Shown piece by piece: positions 1 through 9,602 of a DNA stretch of 64,000 bases; within the stretch, counting starts at the first letter, position 1, and each line of letters opens with the position of its first letter. The notes under the pieces are model-generated. The model was not told the DNA's origin and did no database searches. It was given only the letters and a program-made list of their open reading frames with translations. A program made the translations under genes and the position numbers. Source of the DNA: Gaiellaceae bacterium (lineage in GTDB: Bacteria > Actinomycetota > Thermoleophilia > Gaiellales > Gaiellaceae); contig JBJMKE010000013.1 of assembly GCA_045806005.1 (NCBI GenBank), forward strand, positions 45,685 to 109,684. Direction: 5' to 3'.

Positions 1-335
1 TACAGGGTGGACGGCTCGTACTCGGCGCAGGTGCCCGCCGCGATGAGGCGCTCGCCGCCCGCGGCGCGGAAGCTGCGGGCGAGGCGCAGCGTCGTCTCCG
101 CCCAGTCCCGGTTCTCGGGCGCCTCCCAGAACCGGCCGTGCTCGGTGTACCAGGCGAGGTGGAGCAGGTGCGAGGCGCCGACCTCGGCCACGAGCGCGGC
201 CGTCGCGTCGGCATCGAGCAGGTCGACCTGCTGCCTCCCGACCGCGTGAACCTCGAAGCCCTGCGCGGACAGCAGAGCCGGGAGGTGCCTGCCGATGAAG
301 CCGCCAGCCCCAGTGAGGAGCAGGCGCCTCACCAT
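1..335 (-). CDS. NAD-dependent epimerase/dehydratase (extended SDR), N-terminal part; gene runs off the window start
   Basis: Reverse translation from the ATG at 335-333 gives MVRRLLLTGAGGFIGRHLPALLSAQGFEVHAV..., a Rossmann GxxGxxG. The ATG overlaps the stop of the upstream rmlC-like gene. Confidence 0.75.
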   Translation of the reverse strand, partial: MVRRLLLTGAGGFIGRHLPALLSAQGFEVHAVGRQQVDLLDADATAALVAEVGASHLLHLAWYTEHGRFWEAPENRDWAETTLRLARSFRAAGGERLIAAGTCAEYEPSTL

Positions 336-892
336 TGGAAGTCGGGGAAGTCCCGGTCTCGCTCGGACATCACCGCGGGCTCGCCGGGCCACTCGATGTC
401 GAGCGCGGGATCGTCCCAGCGGACGCCTCGTTGCAGCTCCGGGTCGTAGAACTCCGAGATCAGGTAGAGGAGCTCGGTGTCGTCCTCGAGCGTCTGGAAG
501 CCGTGCGCGCAGCCCGCCGGCACGTAGACCCCGCGGCCGTTTTCCCTGCTCAGCTCCACACTTTCCCAGCGGCCGTAGGTCGGCGAGCTCCGTCGCAGGT
601 CGACCGCGACGTCGAAGGCCGAGCCCCGCGTGCAGGAGACGACCTTGGCCTCCGCGTGCGGCTCGGCCTGGAAGTGCAGGCCGCGTAGCGTGCCGCGCCG
701 CGCGTTCGCCGAGACGCTGATCTGCACCGGCTCGAAGTCGATCCCGTGCTCGGCGTAGTCCCGCCGGCAGTACATGCGCTCGAACGAGCCCCGCTCGTCG
801 AGATGGCGCTCGGGCTCGATGACGTGGAAGCCGTCGAGGCTGCCGGCGCGGACGATCAGCGTGCGGCCTCGTCTCGCGCGCCGACGTGCCAC
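329..892 (-). CDS. rmlC: dTDP-4-dehydrorhamnose 3,5-epimerase-like cupin (RmlC family)
   Basis: 187-aa ORF with RmlC-type motifs: HLDERGSFERMY, RGLHFQ, KVVSCTRGSAFDVAVDLR and GCAHGFQTL. The GTG start at 892 overlaps the wzt 3' end; an alternative CTG lies at 859. Confidence 0.85.
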   Translation of the reverse strand: MARRRARRGRTLIVRAGSLDGFHVIEPERHLDERGSFERMYCRRDYAEHGIDFEPVQISVSANARRGTLRGLHFQAEPHAEAKVVSCTRGSAFDVAVDLRRSSPTYGRWESVELSRENGRGVYVPAGCAHGFQTLEDDTELLYLISEFYDPELQRGVRWDDPALDIEWPGEPAVMSERDRDFPDFQW

Positions 893-2070
893 GTCGGCGC
901 CAGCGCGAGGACGCCTGCGCCGTGGTCCTCACGCTCGCGCCGCACCTCGAACCGGCCGACTCCGAGATCCATCAGGCGCAGGTTTGTCATCGACTCCTCG
1001 GACACGGCCACGTTGAAGGTGTAGACGCCGGGGCGCAGCGGGAGCGTCGGGTAGTCGAGCTCGAACACGTTCGTGCCGCGCTCGAGCGCGACGTCCACGC
1101 GGTCGTTGAGCGAGTCGTTGACCACGACGTGCTGGCCGCTCGCGTCGGTGAAGCTGACCTGGACGATGGGGCTCACGATCCTCCGGTCGCACTCGAGGAC
1201 GACGCGAATGCTCACGCCCTCTCCGCTCAGGATCTCGGCCGGGGAGTCCACCTGAACGACGCGGATCGTCCCGTCGCTGACCTGCTGCTGCAGCGACGGG
1301 GCGGCGTCCTGCGCCATCTCGACCTCGTACGCGTCGCAGATGGCGTTGACGTCGCCGATCTCGCGCACGCGCCCGTGCTCGAGCCACAGCACGCGGTCGC
1401 AATTGCGCCGGATCGCGTACGGGTTGTGGCTGACGAGCAGGATCGCCCCGCCCTCGGCCCTGAAGCTCCCGATCTTCTGGTAGCACTTCATCGCGAAGCT
1501 CAGGTCGCCCACCGCGAGCACCTCGTCCACGAGCAGGATGTCGGGCCGCGTGTGGACTGCGACGGCGAACCCGAGCCGGGCGACCATGCCGCTCGAGTAC
1601 GACTGCACCGGCGTGTCGATGAACTCCTCGAGCTCGCTGAAGTCGATGATCGCGTCGTACTGGTCGCGCGTCTCCTGCTCCGAGAAGCCGAGCACGGCGC
1701 TCGCCACCCGGATGTTCTCCCGCCCGGTCAACACCGGGTTGAACCCCGCGCCGAGCGCGATCAGCGCCCGCACCGACCCGCGGACCCTGATCATCCCGGC
1801 GCTCGGCTTGACGAGGCCGTTGATCAACTTCAGGAGCGTGGTCTTGCCCGCTCCGTTGTGGCCGACCAGGCCGAGCGACTCGCCGCGCTCGACGGCGAAG
1901 GAGACGTCCTCGAGCGCCCAGAACTCCGACGGCCGCAGGTGGTCGGCGTGCTGGCCGCGGCCGCTGATCTCGTTGCCGATGTCCCGGATGCCGTACCAGA
2001 GCGACCGCTTCAGGCTCCGGCAGTAGCGCTTCGAGACCTGCGAGACCTCGACGGCGGGCGCCCCGCTCAT
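856..2070 (-). CDS. wzt: Polysaccharide-export ABC transporter ATP-binding protein (Wzt/TagH type) with a C-terminal extension
   Basis: Internal start MSGAPAVEV (ATG at 2070), in an ATGA overlap with the wzm stop. Walker A is GHNGAGKTT, the signature is YSSGM and Walker B is ILLVDE. About 150 extra beta-rich C-terminal residues sit where Wzt carbohydrate-binding domains occur. The upstream part of the 652-aa track ORF is a shadow over wzm. Confidence 0.9.
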   Translation of the reverse strand: MSGAPAVEVSQVSKRYCRSLKRSLWYGIRDIGNEISGRGQHADHLRPSEFWALEDVSFAVERGESLGLVGHNGAGKTTLLKLINGLVKPSAGMIRVRGSVRALIALGAGFNPVLTGRENIRVASAVLGFSEQETRDQYDAIIDFSELEEFIDTPVQSYSSGMVARLGFAVAVHTRPDILLVDEVLAVGDLSFAMKCYQKIGSFRAEGGAILLVSHNPYAIRRNCDRVLWLEHGRVREIGDVNAICDAYEVEMAQDAAPSLQQQVSDGTIRVVQVDSPAEILSGEGVSIRVVLECDRRIVSPIVQVSFTDASGQHVVVNDSLNDRVDVALERGTNVFELDYPTLPLRPGVYTFNVAVSEESMTNLRLMDLGVGRFEVRREREDHGAGVLALAPTWHVGARDEAAR

Positions 2071-2933
2071 CAGGCGTCCATCCGCTCGATGAGCAGGGGC
2101 ATCACGAGCCGGAAGAGGAGCCAGCCGAACGCCGCCACCACGACGGTCCCGCCGAAGACGAGCCAGAAGCCCTCCCAGGGGATGCTGCCAGTGCCGTAGA
2201 GGAGGTAGCGCGTCAGTGCGAAGAGGGGCGTCAGCGAGTTGTAGTGCATGACCGTGGCGGCGATGCCGGTCTCGGGGGGCGGGTAGATGACCGGTGTGAG
2301 GAACATCAGCGGCATCACGATCGCCAGTAGCCCCTGCTGGACGTCCTTGTAGAGCGCGCCGAGCGGCGCGAGCAGGGTGCCCAGGACGACGCCGAAGGCG
2401 ACGAACGCCGCCGCGGGGATGAAGACCAGCACCGCCGTCCACTGCAGGGGCGCCGACAGCGCGGCCGCCACGACGAGGAGCAGAGCGAGCTTGATCACGA
2501 AGCTGAAGGCCACCTGGATGACGCCCGAGAAGAGGAGCGCCTCCGGCGGGAACTGCACCCGCACGAGCATGTTGCGGTTCCCGCTCAACTGGTTGAGCGG
2601 CGAGTTGAGCGAATCGAGGAACAGCGTCCAGAAGATCACGCCGGTCAGCGCGAAGACGGCGTACGGGACCGTGCCGCTGTCGATGTGGACGACGGCGGCG
2701 TGCTCGAGCGTGACCCAGACGAGCGTGATCATCACCGCCGGCAGCAGCGTCCAGAGGTAGCCGAGGAACGTCTGCCGGTACTGAGCGGAGATGTCGCGGA
2801 CCGCCAGCCGCCACGCGAGGCCGCGCGCCACCTTCAGCTCGCTCAGCGCCTGCCGGACGAGCGTCAGCGGGTGCCGGATCGGCGACTCGGGCGTGTAGAC
2901 CCGGACCGGCGGCTCAGCGCGTGCCGTCGCCAA
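2070..2933 (-). CDS. wzm: ABC-2 type polysaccharide-export permease (Wzm/TagG type)
   Basis: 287-aa ORF with about 6 hydrophobic helices. The typical ABC-2 N-terminus DISAQYRQTFLGYLW is present, and the gene is coupled to wzt. The TTG start at 2933 is uncertain. Confidence 0.85.
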   Translation of the reverse strand: MATARAEPPVRVYTPESPIRHPLTLVRQALSELKVARGLAWRLAVRDISAQYRQTFLGYLWTLLPAVMITLVWVTLEHAAVVHIDSGTVPYAVFALTGVIFWTLFLDSLNSPLNQLSGNRNMLVRVQFPPEALLFSGVIQVAFSFVIKLALLLVVAAALSAPLQWTAVLVFIPAAAFVAFGVVLGTLLAPLGALYKDVQQGLLAIVMPLMFLTPVIYPPPETGIAATVMHYNSLTPLFALTRYLLYGTGSIPWEGFWLVFGGTVVVAAFGWLLFRLVMPLLIERMDA

Positions 2934-3965
2934 CCAACTGCTCCCGGTCCGCGTGCTTCGCGATGCAGCTCTCGATGAGCTCGAGGTTCTCGCGCGTCCA
3001 GTCGATCGTCGGGCGCAGGCCTTCCTCGAGCGGCACCGCTGCCTCGAAGCCGAGCTCGCGCCGCGCCTTCTCGGGGCTGCCGTAGCGGAGGATCGAGTGG
3101 TCCCACGGCCGCCGCGGCGCGATCTCGAGCTCGGAGCTCGAGCCGCTCAGCTCGACGATGAGCTCGGCGAGGCGGCGGATCGTGGTCTCGACGCCGCTCG
3201 CGAGGTTGTAGACGTCGCCGGGCGTGCCACGCTCGGCACACGCAAGCAGGCCGCGCGCGACGTCCTCGACGTAGACGAAGTCGCGGGAGGCGACCCCGCC
3301 GTTGTCGAGCTGCAGCGGCAGCCCCGCGAGCGCGCGGTAGACGAAGGCGGGCGTCACGTTCCGCCAGATCGTCGCCGGCGTCCCGCGCCAGCGGCCGGCG
3401 CCGAGCACCTCGCCCGGCCCGTACACGTTCTGGAACCGGGCGCGGACGGTCGGGAGCCCATGCTGCCGCTGGTAGTAGACGGAGTAGAACTCGCCGACGA
3501 CCTTCGAGATCTGGTACGGGCTGTCGAGGTCGAGCGGCACGGGCCCGTCCTCCGAGACGGCCTCCGCGCTCTCGTAGACCTCGTGCGGCGCGAGCGTGCA
3601 ACCGGACGCCGAGTAGACGACCTTGCTCAGCCGCTCGAAGCCCTTGAGCCGCTCGTAGAGCTTGAGCGTCGTGATCAGGTTGTTCTCGTGGTCCTCGAGC
3701 GGGTTCGCGATCGAGCTCTGGTTCCCGTGGTAGGTCGCGAGGTGGTAGACGACGTCGAGGTCGTCCTCGAGGGAGGCGAGCACCTCGTCGTCCGCGATCG
3801 ACGCCTCGACCAGCTCGACGCGCGGGTCGTCGGGCAGGTTCTCCCGCTCGCTCGAGATCAGGTTGTCGACCACGAGCACGTGCTCCGCGCCCTCCGCGAG
3901 GAGGAGCCGGACGAGGTTCGATCCGACGAAGCCGGCGCCGCCGACGACGAGCAGCCGGCCGCCGG

Positions 3966-3969
<4 letters not shown>
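2914..3969 (-). CDS. NAD-dependent epimerase/dehydratase (extended SDR)
   Basis: GTG at 3969 is in a GTGA overlap with the upstream stop. Motifs are VVGGAGFVGSNL (Rossmann) and SPYQISK (YxxxK). The N-terminal 160 aa of the 518-aa track ORF are a shadow. Confidence 0.85.
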
Positions 3970-4922
<953 letters not shown>

Positions 4923-4989
4923 GGGGTCGGTGCCTCGCTTTGCGTGCTGTCGTGGTCGGTGGCGGATCGTAGCGGCCGGGGGCCGGCGC

Positions 4990-6627
4990 TCAGTCCTCCA
5001 GGGCGCTCGAGAGCAGTGCCCGGGCCGCTTCGGGGTCCCTGCGCGCGATCTCGCCGAGGGCGGTGAACTCGTAGCGGCCGTAGAGGCCGAGCGCGATCCA
5101 GCCCCAGCGCGGGTGGCGCGGATAGATGGGGACGGCCTGTGCGACGTCGGCGTGGTTCCAGGCGACGTGCTCGAACGGCCCGTCCACCTGCGGCTGCCGG
5201 CCGTCGGGGTCGCCCACGTGCGTGCGGATCACGATCGTCCGGTCCTCGTTTGCCGCGCTCAAGGACCACCGGTCTCCCGCGCTGCCCCCGTCGTCGCGGA
5301 TCCGGGCGAGCACGCGCAGCAGGATCAGCTCGCGCACCACGTCCTTGACCGGAACCGGCAGCCGGCCGCGGGCCGCGGCGAGGAAGAGGCCTCGCGCCTC
5401 GCGCTGGCGCGCCACCGCCTCGGCGAACGTGGCGATGTGCGGGAGGAGCTGGCGGAGCGGCTTTCCCTCGATCGGCGGCCGGACCGGAAGCGACGGCCGC
5501 TTCGCGAGGGCGAGGGGGAGCGCGAACTGTGTCCTGCCGCTCGGCCTGGCCTCGGCGTACACCTGGTCCCCGAGCGTGCTCAGGTTGTTCCGGCCGCTCA
5601 GGTAGACGTCCCGGTAGGCGCGCTCCGCCATCGCCTCCACGGCCTCGACGTCCTGCAGCCGCTCGAGCGCCTCGTCGAGGTTCGAGAAGTCGCGGCGGAG
5701 CGGGATGTAATGCGTCTCCGGCTCGAGGACGCCGCTGTAGCGGCCCTCGACGAGCACCTGCGCCGTCTTCGTGATCACGGCCTCGAGGTGGCGCGGGCTG
5801 ATGGCGAAGAAGGCATAGGAATCCCAGCCGCTCGGCATCTGCGCGTCCACCTGCTCGAAGGTGAGGGCGGGCTGCTCGGCGAGCAGGCGGCTGATGCGCC
5901 GCTGGATCTCGCCGCGCGCGTCGAGGACGCTCGAGCCGCTCTCGGTGCCGATCACGGCGCGGCCCGACAGCAGGAAGTCGAGCCACCCGTCGCCGTAGAT
6001 CGTGTCCTCGGGCCTGGTCGAGATGTCCGTGCGCAGGCCGTGAGCGCCCGCGCGCGCCTGCACCACCTCGGCGATCCGGTGCTTGAGCTGACCGTGGCTG
6101 CCGAACCAGTAGGGCAGGTTCCTCGCCCGGTAGACGACGTCGCGCGGCCGCTGCGCGTGGGGGACGAGGCGCGTCGCGAGCGCGGCGGCGTCCTCGTCGA
6201 TGAAGCCGGTGAGCGTCTCGTGGAAGCTCGCCCTACCCACGAGGCGCGGGTACAGCGTCTCCCACTGGTCGGGCCCGAAGCACGAGTAGCAGCTCGTGAC
6301 GCCGAGCTCGACCAGCCAGTCGTCCATCACCCCCGCGTGGTCGTACTCGTCCTGCGGCAGCGCGACCTTCGGGCAGCGCAGCTTCGCGACCCAGGCGAAG
6401 CGGCGCCGGTAGTCCTCGAAGTCGTAGTTCCAGCGGGCGTGGGAGAGGAAGGTCGTGTGCAGGACGCAGAGGTCGGGCGCCGTCCACGCGAGCCACGGCG
6501 GCGCCGGGTCGATCGCGTTGCGGTAGAGGATCTGCAGGCCGCGGCCCTCCAGGAGGCGCAGGTGCTGCTCGACGGCGAGCCGCATCTCCGACCCCTTCGG
6601 GTGCCAGTAGAGGAAGAGGACGCGCAT
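4990..6627 (-). CDS. CgeB-like (GT1-related) glycosyltransferase with an uncharacterised C-terminal module
   Basis: 545 aa. The central block GTESGSSVLD...ISPRHLEAVITKTAQVLVEGRYSGVLEPETHYIPLRRDFSNLDEAL resembles CgeB/Glyco_trans_1_2-type domains. It is a paralogue of 6633-8801. The C-terminal ~115 aa carry a W(N/D)H...FTAL..ARRDP module. Confidence 0.6.
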   Translation of the reverse strand: MRVLFLYWHPKGSEMRLAVEQHLRLLEGRGLQILYRNAIDPAPPWLAWTAPDLCVLHTTFLSHARWNYDFEDYRRRFAWVAKLRCPKVALPQDEYDHAGVMDDWLVELGVTSCYSCFGPDQWETLYPRLVGRASFHETLTGFIDEDAAALATRLVPHAQRPRDVVYRARNLPYWFGSHGQLKHRIAEVVQARAGAHGLRTDISTRPEDTIYGDGWLDFLLSGRAVIGTESGSSVLDARGEIQRRISRLLAEQPALTFEQVDAQMPSGWDSYAFFAISPRHLEAVITKTAQVLVEGRYSGVLEPETHYIPLRRDFSNLDEALERLQDVEAVEAMAERAYRDVYLSGRNNLSTLGDQVYAEARPSGRTQFALPLALAKRPSLPVRPPIEGKPLRQLLPHIATFAEAVARQREARGLFLAAARGRLPVPVKDVVRELILLRVLARIRDDGGSAGDRWSLSAANEDRTIVIRTHVGDPDGRQPQVDGPFEHVAWNHADVAQAVPIYPRHPRWGWIALGLYGRYEFTALGEIARRDPEAARALLSSALED

Positions 6628-6632
6628 GCCGC

Positions 6633-8801
6633 TCAGGAGCCGGCGGCCTGTCGGAGGGCGGGGGCGGCGAGCTCGGGGAAGCGCCGGGCGACGAGCAGCA
6701 GCGCCGTGAACTCGTGCGCTCCTCCCTCGACGGTCACCGAGACCCGGGGGCGCTCCCTGGAGGTGACCGGCGAGCCGTCGGCGGAGTGGTCCCAGACGAT
6801 TCGCTCAAGCGAGCCCACAGTCGCCGCGTCAAGCGCGGCGCCGTTCGCGGAGGCGCCGCCGCTGGTGCGGTAGACGAGCGTCTTTCGCTCGGGGTCCAGC
6901 TCCAGGGTCGCCTGCGCCTGGCCTGCGAGCCAGAGCCGGAACAGGTCCTTGACGAGCGACTCGGGCGGCGCTTCCGCCCGCGCCTCGGGGCTCCTGAGGT
7001 AGGAGCGCATCAGCCGCCGCAGCTCTCTCGAGGCGAGCACCGCGCGCAGCGTCGCCGCACCGCGCGGCAGCGTCGCGCCGGGCTGCAGCACGAGGCGCGC
7101 CAGCATGGCGGTCCGGCCGTCGAGCTCGTCGACCGGGGCGTCCGGCCGGGCGCGGAAGAGCGGCTCGAGAGCCGAGATCACGGCGTCGGGATCCCGGCGC
7201 GCGAGCTCGCTCAGCGCCGTGAACCGGTGCGCGCCGTTCACCACGTGGTAGCCGATCGTCAGCGAGGAGGCGGGAACCGTCGGGAAGGTGAGGTAGCCCT
7301 CGACGGCGCTGTTGTCCCAGACGACCTCCTGCAACCGTCCCTCGCGGATCGCCGCGGCGGTGCGGCTCCGCAGCCGCTCGCGCTCCGCTGCGTCCTGCGG
7401 CGCGGCGCGGGTCCCGACGAGCGTGAGCCTGGCCTCCTCGGCGTCGAGCTCCGGCTGCACGTCGAACGGCGGCCCGAGCTGGCGCAGCTCGCGCAGGTGC
7501 GCGGCCGCCGCCGCCGCGAGGCGGACGAGGTCGCGCTCGGGCAGCTCGGCGGCGAGAGCCTCGATCTCGGGGAAGCGCTCGACCAGCCGCCGCCCGGCAC
7601 GGTCAGCCGCACGCGCGCGCAGGGCGGAGGCGCCCGGCAAGCCGCGCGAGCGGAGCTGCTCGAGCTCCAGCAGCTTCCGGCCGAGCGCGCGGCGAGGCCT
7701 CGGCCGCGCCTGGGCCGGCGAGGCGCGCGCCTCGATCTCCCGCTCGAAGTCACGCACGAAGCTCGGCAGCGAGTAGCGGCCCGAAGCGACGAGATCCGCG
7801 TGCGCCCGCGCCGCCATCTCGTCGAGCAGCTTCGCGTCCTGGATCGCCGAGACCACCTCGTCGAAGTTCGAGAAGTCCTTCTCGAGCGGGACGTAGTGCG
7901 TCCACGGCTCGATCACGTCGGAATAGCGGCCGGTGAAGTTGACCATCGCGGTGCCGAGCGCTGCCGCCTCGAAGACGCGGGGCGAGATGGTGCGGATGAC
8001 GGCGTTGCCCTCGTACGGCGCCAGGATCTCGCGCTCGACCTCGTCGAACGTCGCCGCGGGGTGGACCCTGAGGTAGCTCTCCGTCAACCTCTGCAGGGAA
8101 CCGTCGAAGTCGACGATGGACGCGCCGCTCTCGGTGCCGAGCGTCGTGCGGGCGGAGCCGAGGAACCGGTACCAGGCGTCGCCGTAGATGCGCTCGGCCT
8201 CGGTCCAGCCGATGTCACAGCGAAGGCTCGTGGCCGCCGCGCGCGCGAGGAACTCCCGCCCGATCACGACCTTCTCCTGGCCGAGCCGCCCGAGCTGGAA
8301 GGCGAGGCTCCGGCCGCGGTAGACGACGTCGAGCGGCCGGCCGTCGAGCGGCGGGCGGGCCAGTCCCTCGAGCTCCGCAGGCACATAGCCGGTCAGCGTC
8401 GGGACGATGTCCACTCCGGGGAGACGGTCGCCGTAGACGTCCGGCACGGCCTCGGCCGGGACCGAGCTGAAGAGCAGGCCGATCCCGAGCTCGCGCATCC
8501 GCGCCGTCATCGCGTCCACCCAGCGGTACTCGTCCTGGATGAACTGGACCTTCAGGCCGCCGAAGTCCGCGATCCGCTCGCGGAACCACGGCGCGAGGTA
8601 GGCGTCGGAGAGAGCGACCAGCGTGTAATGGACGACGACGACGTCGTAGTCGTCGGGCCGCAGCAGCCGGCTGTGGGTCAGCCCGCGCGGGTTGAACAGG
8701 TCGACGCGGTGCCGGGAGAAGCGCTGCAGCGCCCGGATGTGCTCGAGCACGTTTCCGGCATGGTCGCGGCGGTCGTCGGCGAGGAGCAGGACGGACAGCA
8801 T
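6633..8801 (-). CDS. CgeB-like glycosyltransferase with a helical spacer and two copies of the uncharacterised C-terminal module
   Basis: 722 aa. The block GTESGASIVD...ISPRVFEAAALGTAMVNFTGRYSDVIEPWTHYVPLEKDFSNFDEVV is paralogous to 4990-6627. An Arg/Ala/Glu/Leu-rich segment follows at about aa 355-490. The two modules sit at about aa 435-548 and 615-720. Confidence 0.6.
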   Translation of the reverse strand: MLSVLLLADDRRDHAGNVLEHIRALQRFSRHRVDLFNPRGLTHSRLLRPDDYDVVVVHYTLVALSDAYLAPWFRERIADFGGLKVQFIQDEYRWVDAMTARMRELGIGLLFSSVPAEAVPDVYGDRLPGVDIVPTLTGYVPAELEGLARPPLDGRPLDVVYRGRSLAFQLGRLGQEKVVIGREFLARAAATSLRCDIGWTEAERIYGDAWYRFLGSARTTLGTESGASIVDFDGSLQRLTESYLRVHPAATFDEVEREILAPYEGNAVIRTISPRVFEAAALGTAMVNFTGRYSDVIEPWTHYVPLEKDFSNFDEVVSAIQDAKLLDEMAARAHADLVASGRYSLPSFVRDFEREIEARASPAQARPRPRRALGRKLLELEQLRSRGLPGASALRARAADRAGRRLVERFPEIEALAAELPERDLVRLAAAAAAHLRELRQLGPPFDVQPELDAEEARLTLVGTRAAPQDAAERERLRSRTAAAIREGRLQEVVWDNSAVEGYLTFPTVPASSLTIGYHVVNGAHRFTALSELARRDPDAVISALEPLFRARPDAPVDELDGRTAMLARLVLQPGATLPRGAATLRAVLASRELRRLMRSYLRSPEARAEAPPESLVKDLFRLWLAGQAQATLELDPERKTLVYRTSGGASANGAALDAATVGSLERIVWDHSADGSPVTSRERPRVSVTVEGGAHEFTALLLVARRFPELAAPALRQAAGS

Positions 8802-9602
8802 CTACTTGCGGGCGCGGATGTAGAGGTCCAGCCCGAGCACGCGCCCGACGTTGCCGAGCAGCCGCTCCCTGGGGATCGTCCAGCGGCGGCGGGCGAACCG
8901 CCAGGTGACCACGTCGAAGTTCTGGGCCTCGACCGAGGTGTGCGCGAACGCCGCGAAGAGCCGACGGACGTCGCGGCGGGAGACGTAGTCCGTGTGCGGC
9001 GCCGGCTCGCCGCCCTCGTTCGCGTCGTACCTCGTTCCCACCTGCTCCGCCGAGCCGAAGATCAGCTGCCGCAGCGAGTGCGCGTTGTAGAGCATCACGA
9101 GGGCCGTGCCGCCGGGACGGAGCACCCGGTGCACCTCCCCGACGGCGCCCGGCAGGTCTCCGGTGTGGTGGAGGCAGCCGATCGAGACCACGAAGTCGAA
9201 GCTCTCCGCGTCCCACGGCAACTCGAGCGCGGACGTCTGCACGACCGACTCGTCCGCCGGCCTGCCCAACCAGCGCAGTCGGTCCCGCATCATCGCGACG
9301 GGCCCCGCGGCGATGTCGGCGCCGTGGTAGCGCGCGCCGCGCGCGGCGAGGAGCTGGCCGACGGTGCCGAAGCCGAGGCCGATCTCGAGCACGTCCCGTC
9401 CCTCGACGGGCAGCTCGTCGAGGTAGCGCCCGAGGTACGGGTACTGGGCCATGTACTCGCGGTCGAAGCGCTCGAGCGACTCGCGGGTGATCTCGGTGAT
9501 CCCGAGCCAGCGCGCCAGGCCGCTGCCGCAAAGCTCGTCCCAGAACTCGCGGTTCTGTTGGTCGATCGAGGTCTGCTGGTCAGCCGCCATCGTGGACCGC
9601 AA
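8802..9602 (-). CDS. Class I SAM-dependent methyltransferase
   Basis: 266-aa ORF with motif I VLEIGLGFGTVG and the post-I motif YHGADI, plus LRPGGTALV. The start is at 9602, or at the second Met at 9590. Its stop abuts the start of 6633-8801. Confidence 0.8.
   Translation of the reverse strand: MRSTMAADQQTSIDQQNREFWDELCGSGLARWLGITEITRESLERFDREYMAQYPYLGRYLDELPVEGRDVLEIGLGFGTVGQLLAARGARYHGADIAAGPVAMMRDRLRWLGRPADESVVQTSALELPWDAESFDFVVSIGCLHHTGDLPGAVGEVHRVLRPGGTALVMLYNAHSLRQLIFGSAEQVGTRYDANEGGEPAPHTDYVSRRDVRRLFAAFAHTSVEAQNFDVVTWRFARRRWTIPRERLLGNVGRVLGLDLYIRARK

Noticed and set aside
857-859. Possible CTG start codons in CTGA overlaps at three junctions: 857-859 (minus strand), 33308-33310 and 42286-42288.
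   Set aside because: For two of them a conventional GTG or ATG lies slightly upstream in frame. Without N-terminal proteomics or alignments the CTG starts remain speculative. I kept CTG only for 42286, where no alternative is nearby, and lowered its confidence.
856-2814. Track ORFs that fuse a real gene to a long upstream extension. Examples are 856-2814, 2914-4470, 12619-15117, 13950-15896, 15008-16468, 30203-32137, 33301-34824, 39321-40478 and 45049-46965.
   Set aside because: The extensions overlap the neighbouring, motif-supported gene and are low-complexity. Internal ATG/GTG starts that give canonical N-termini, often in ATGA/GTGA overlaps with the upstream stop, were used instead.
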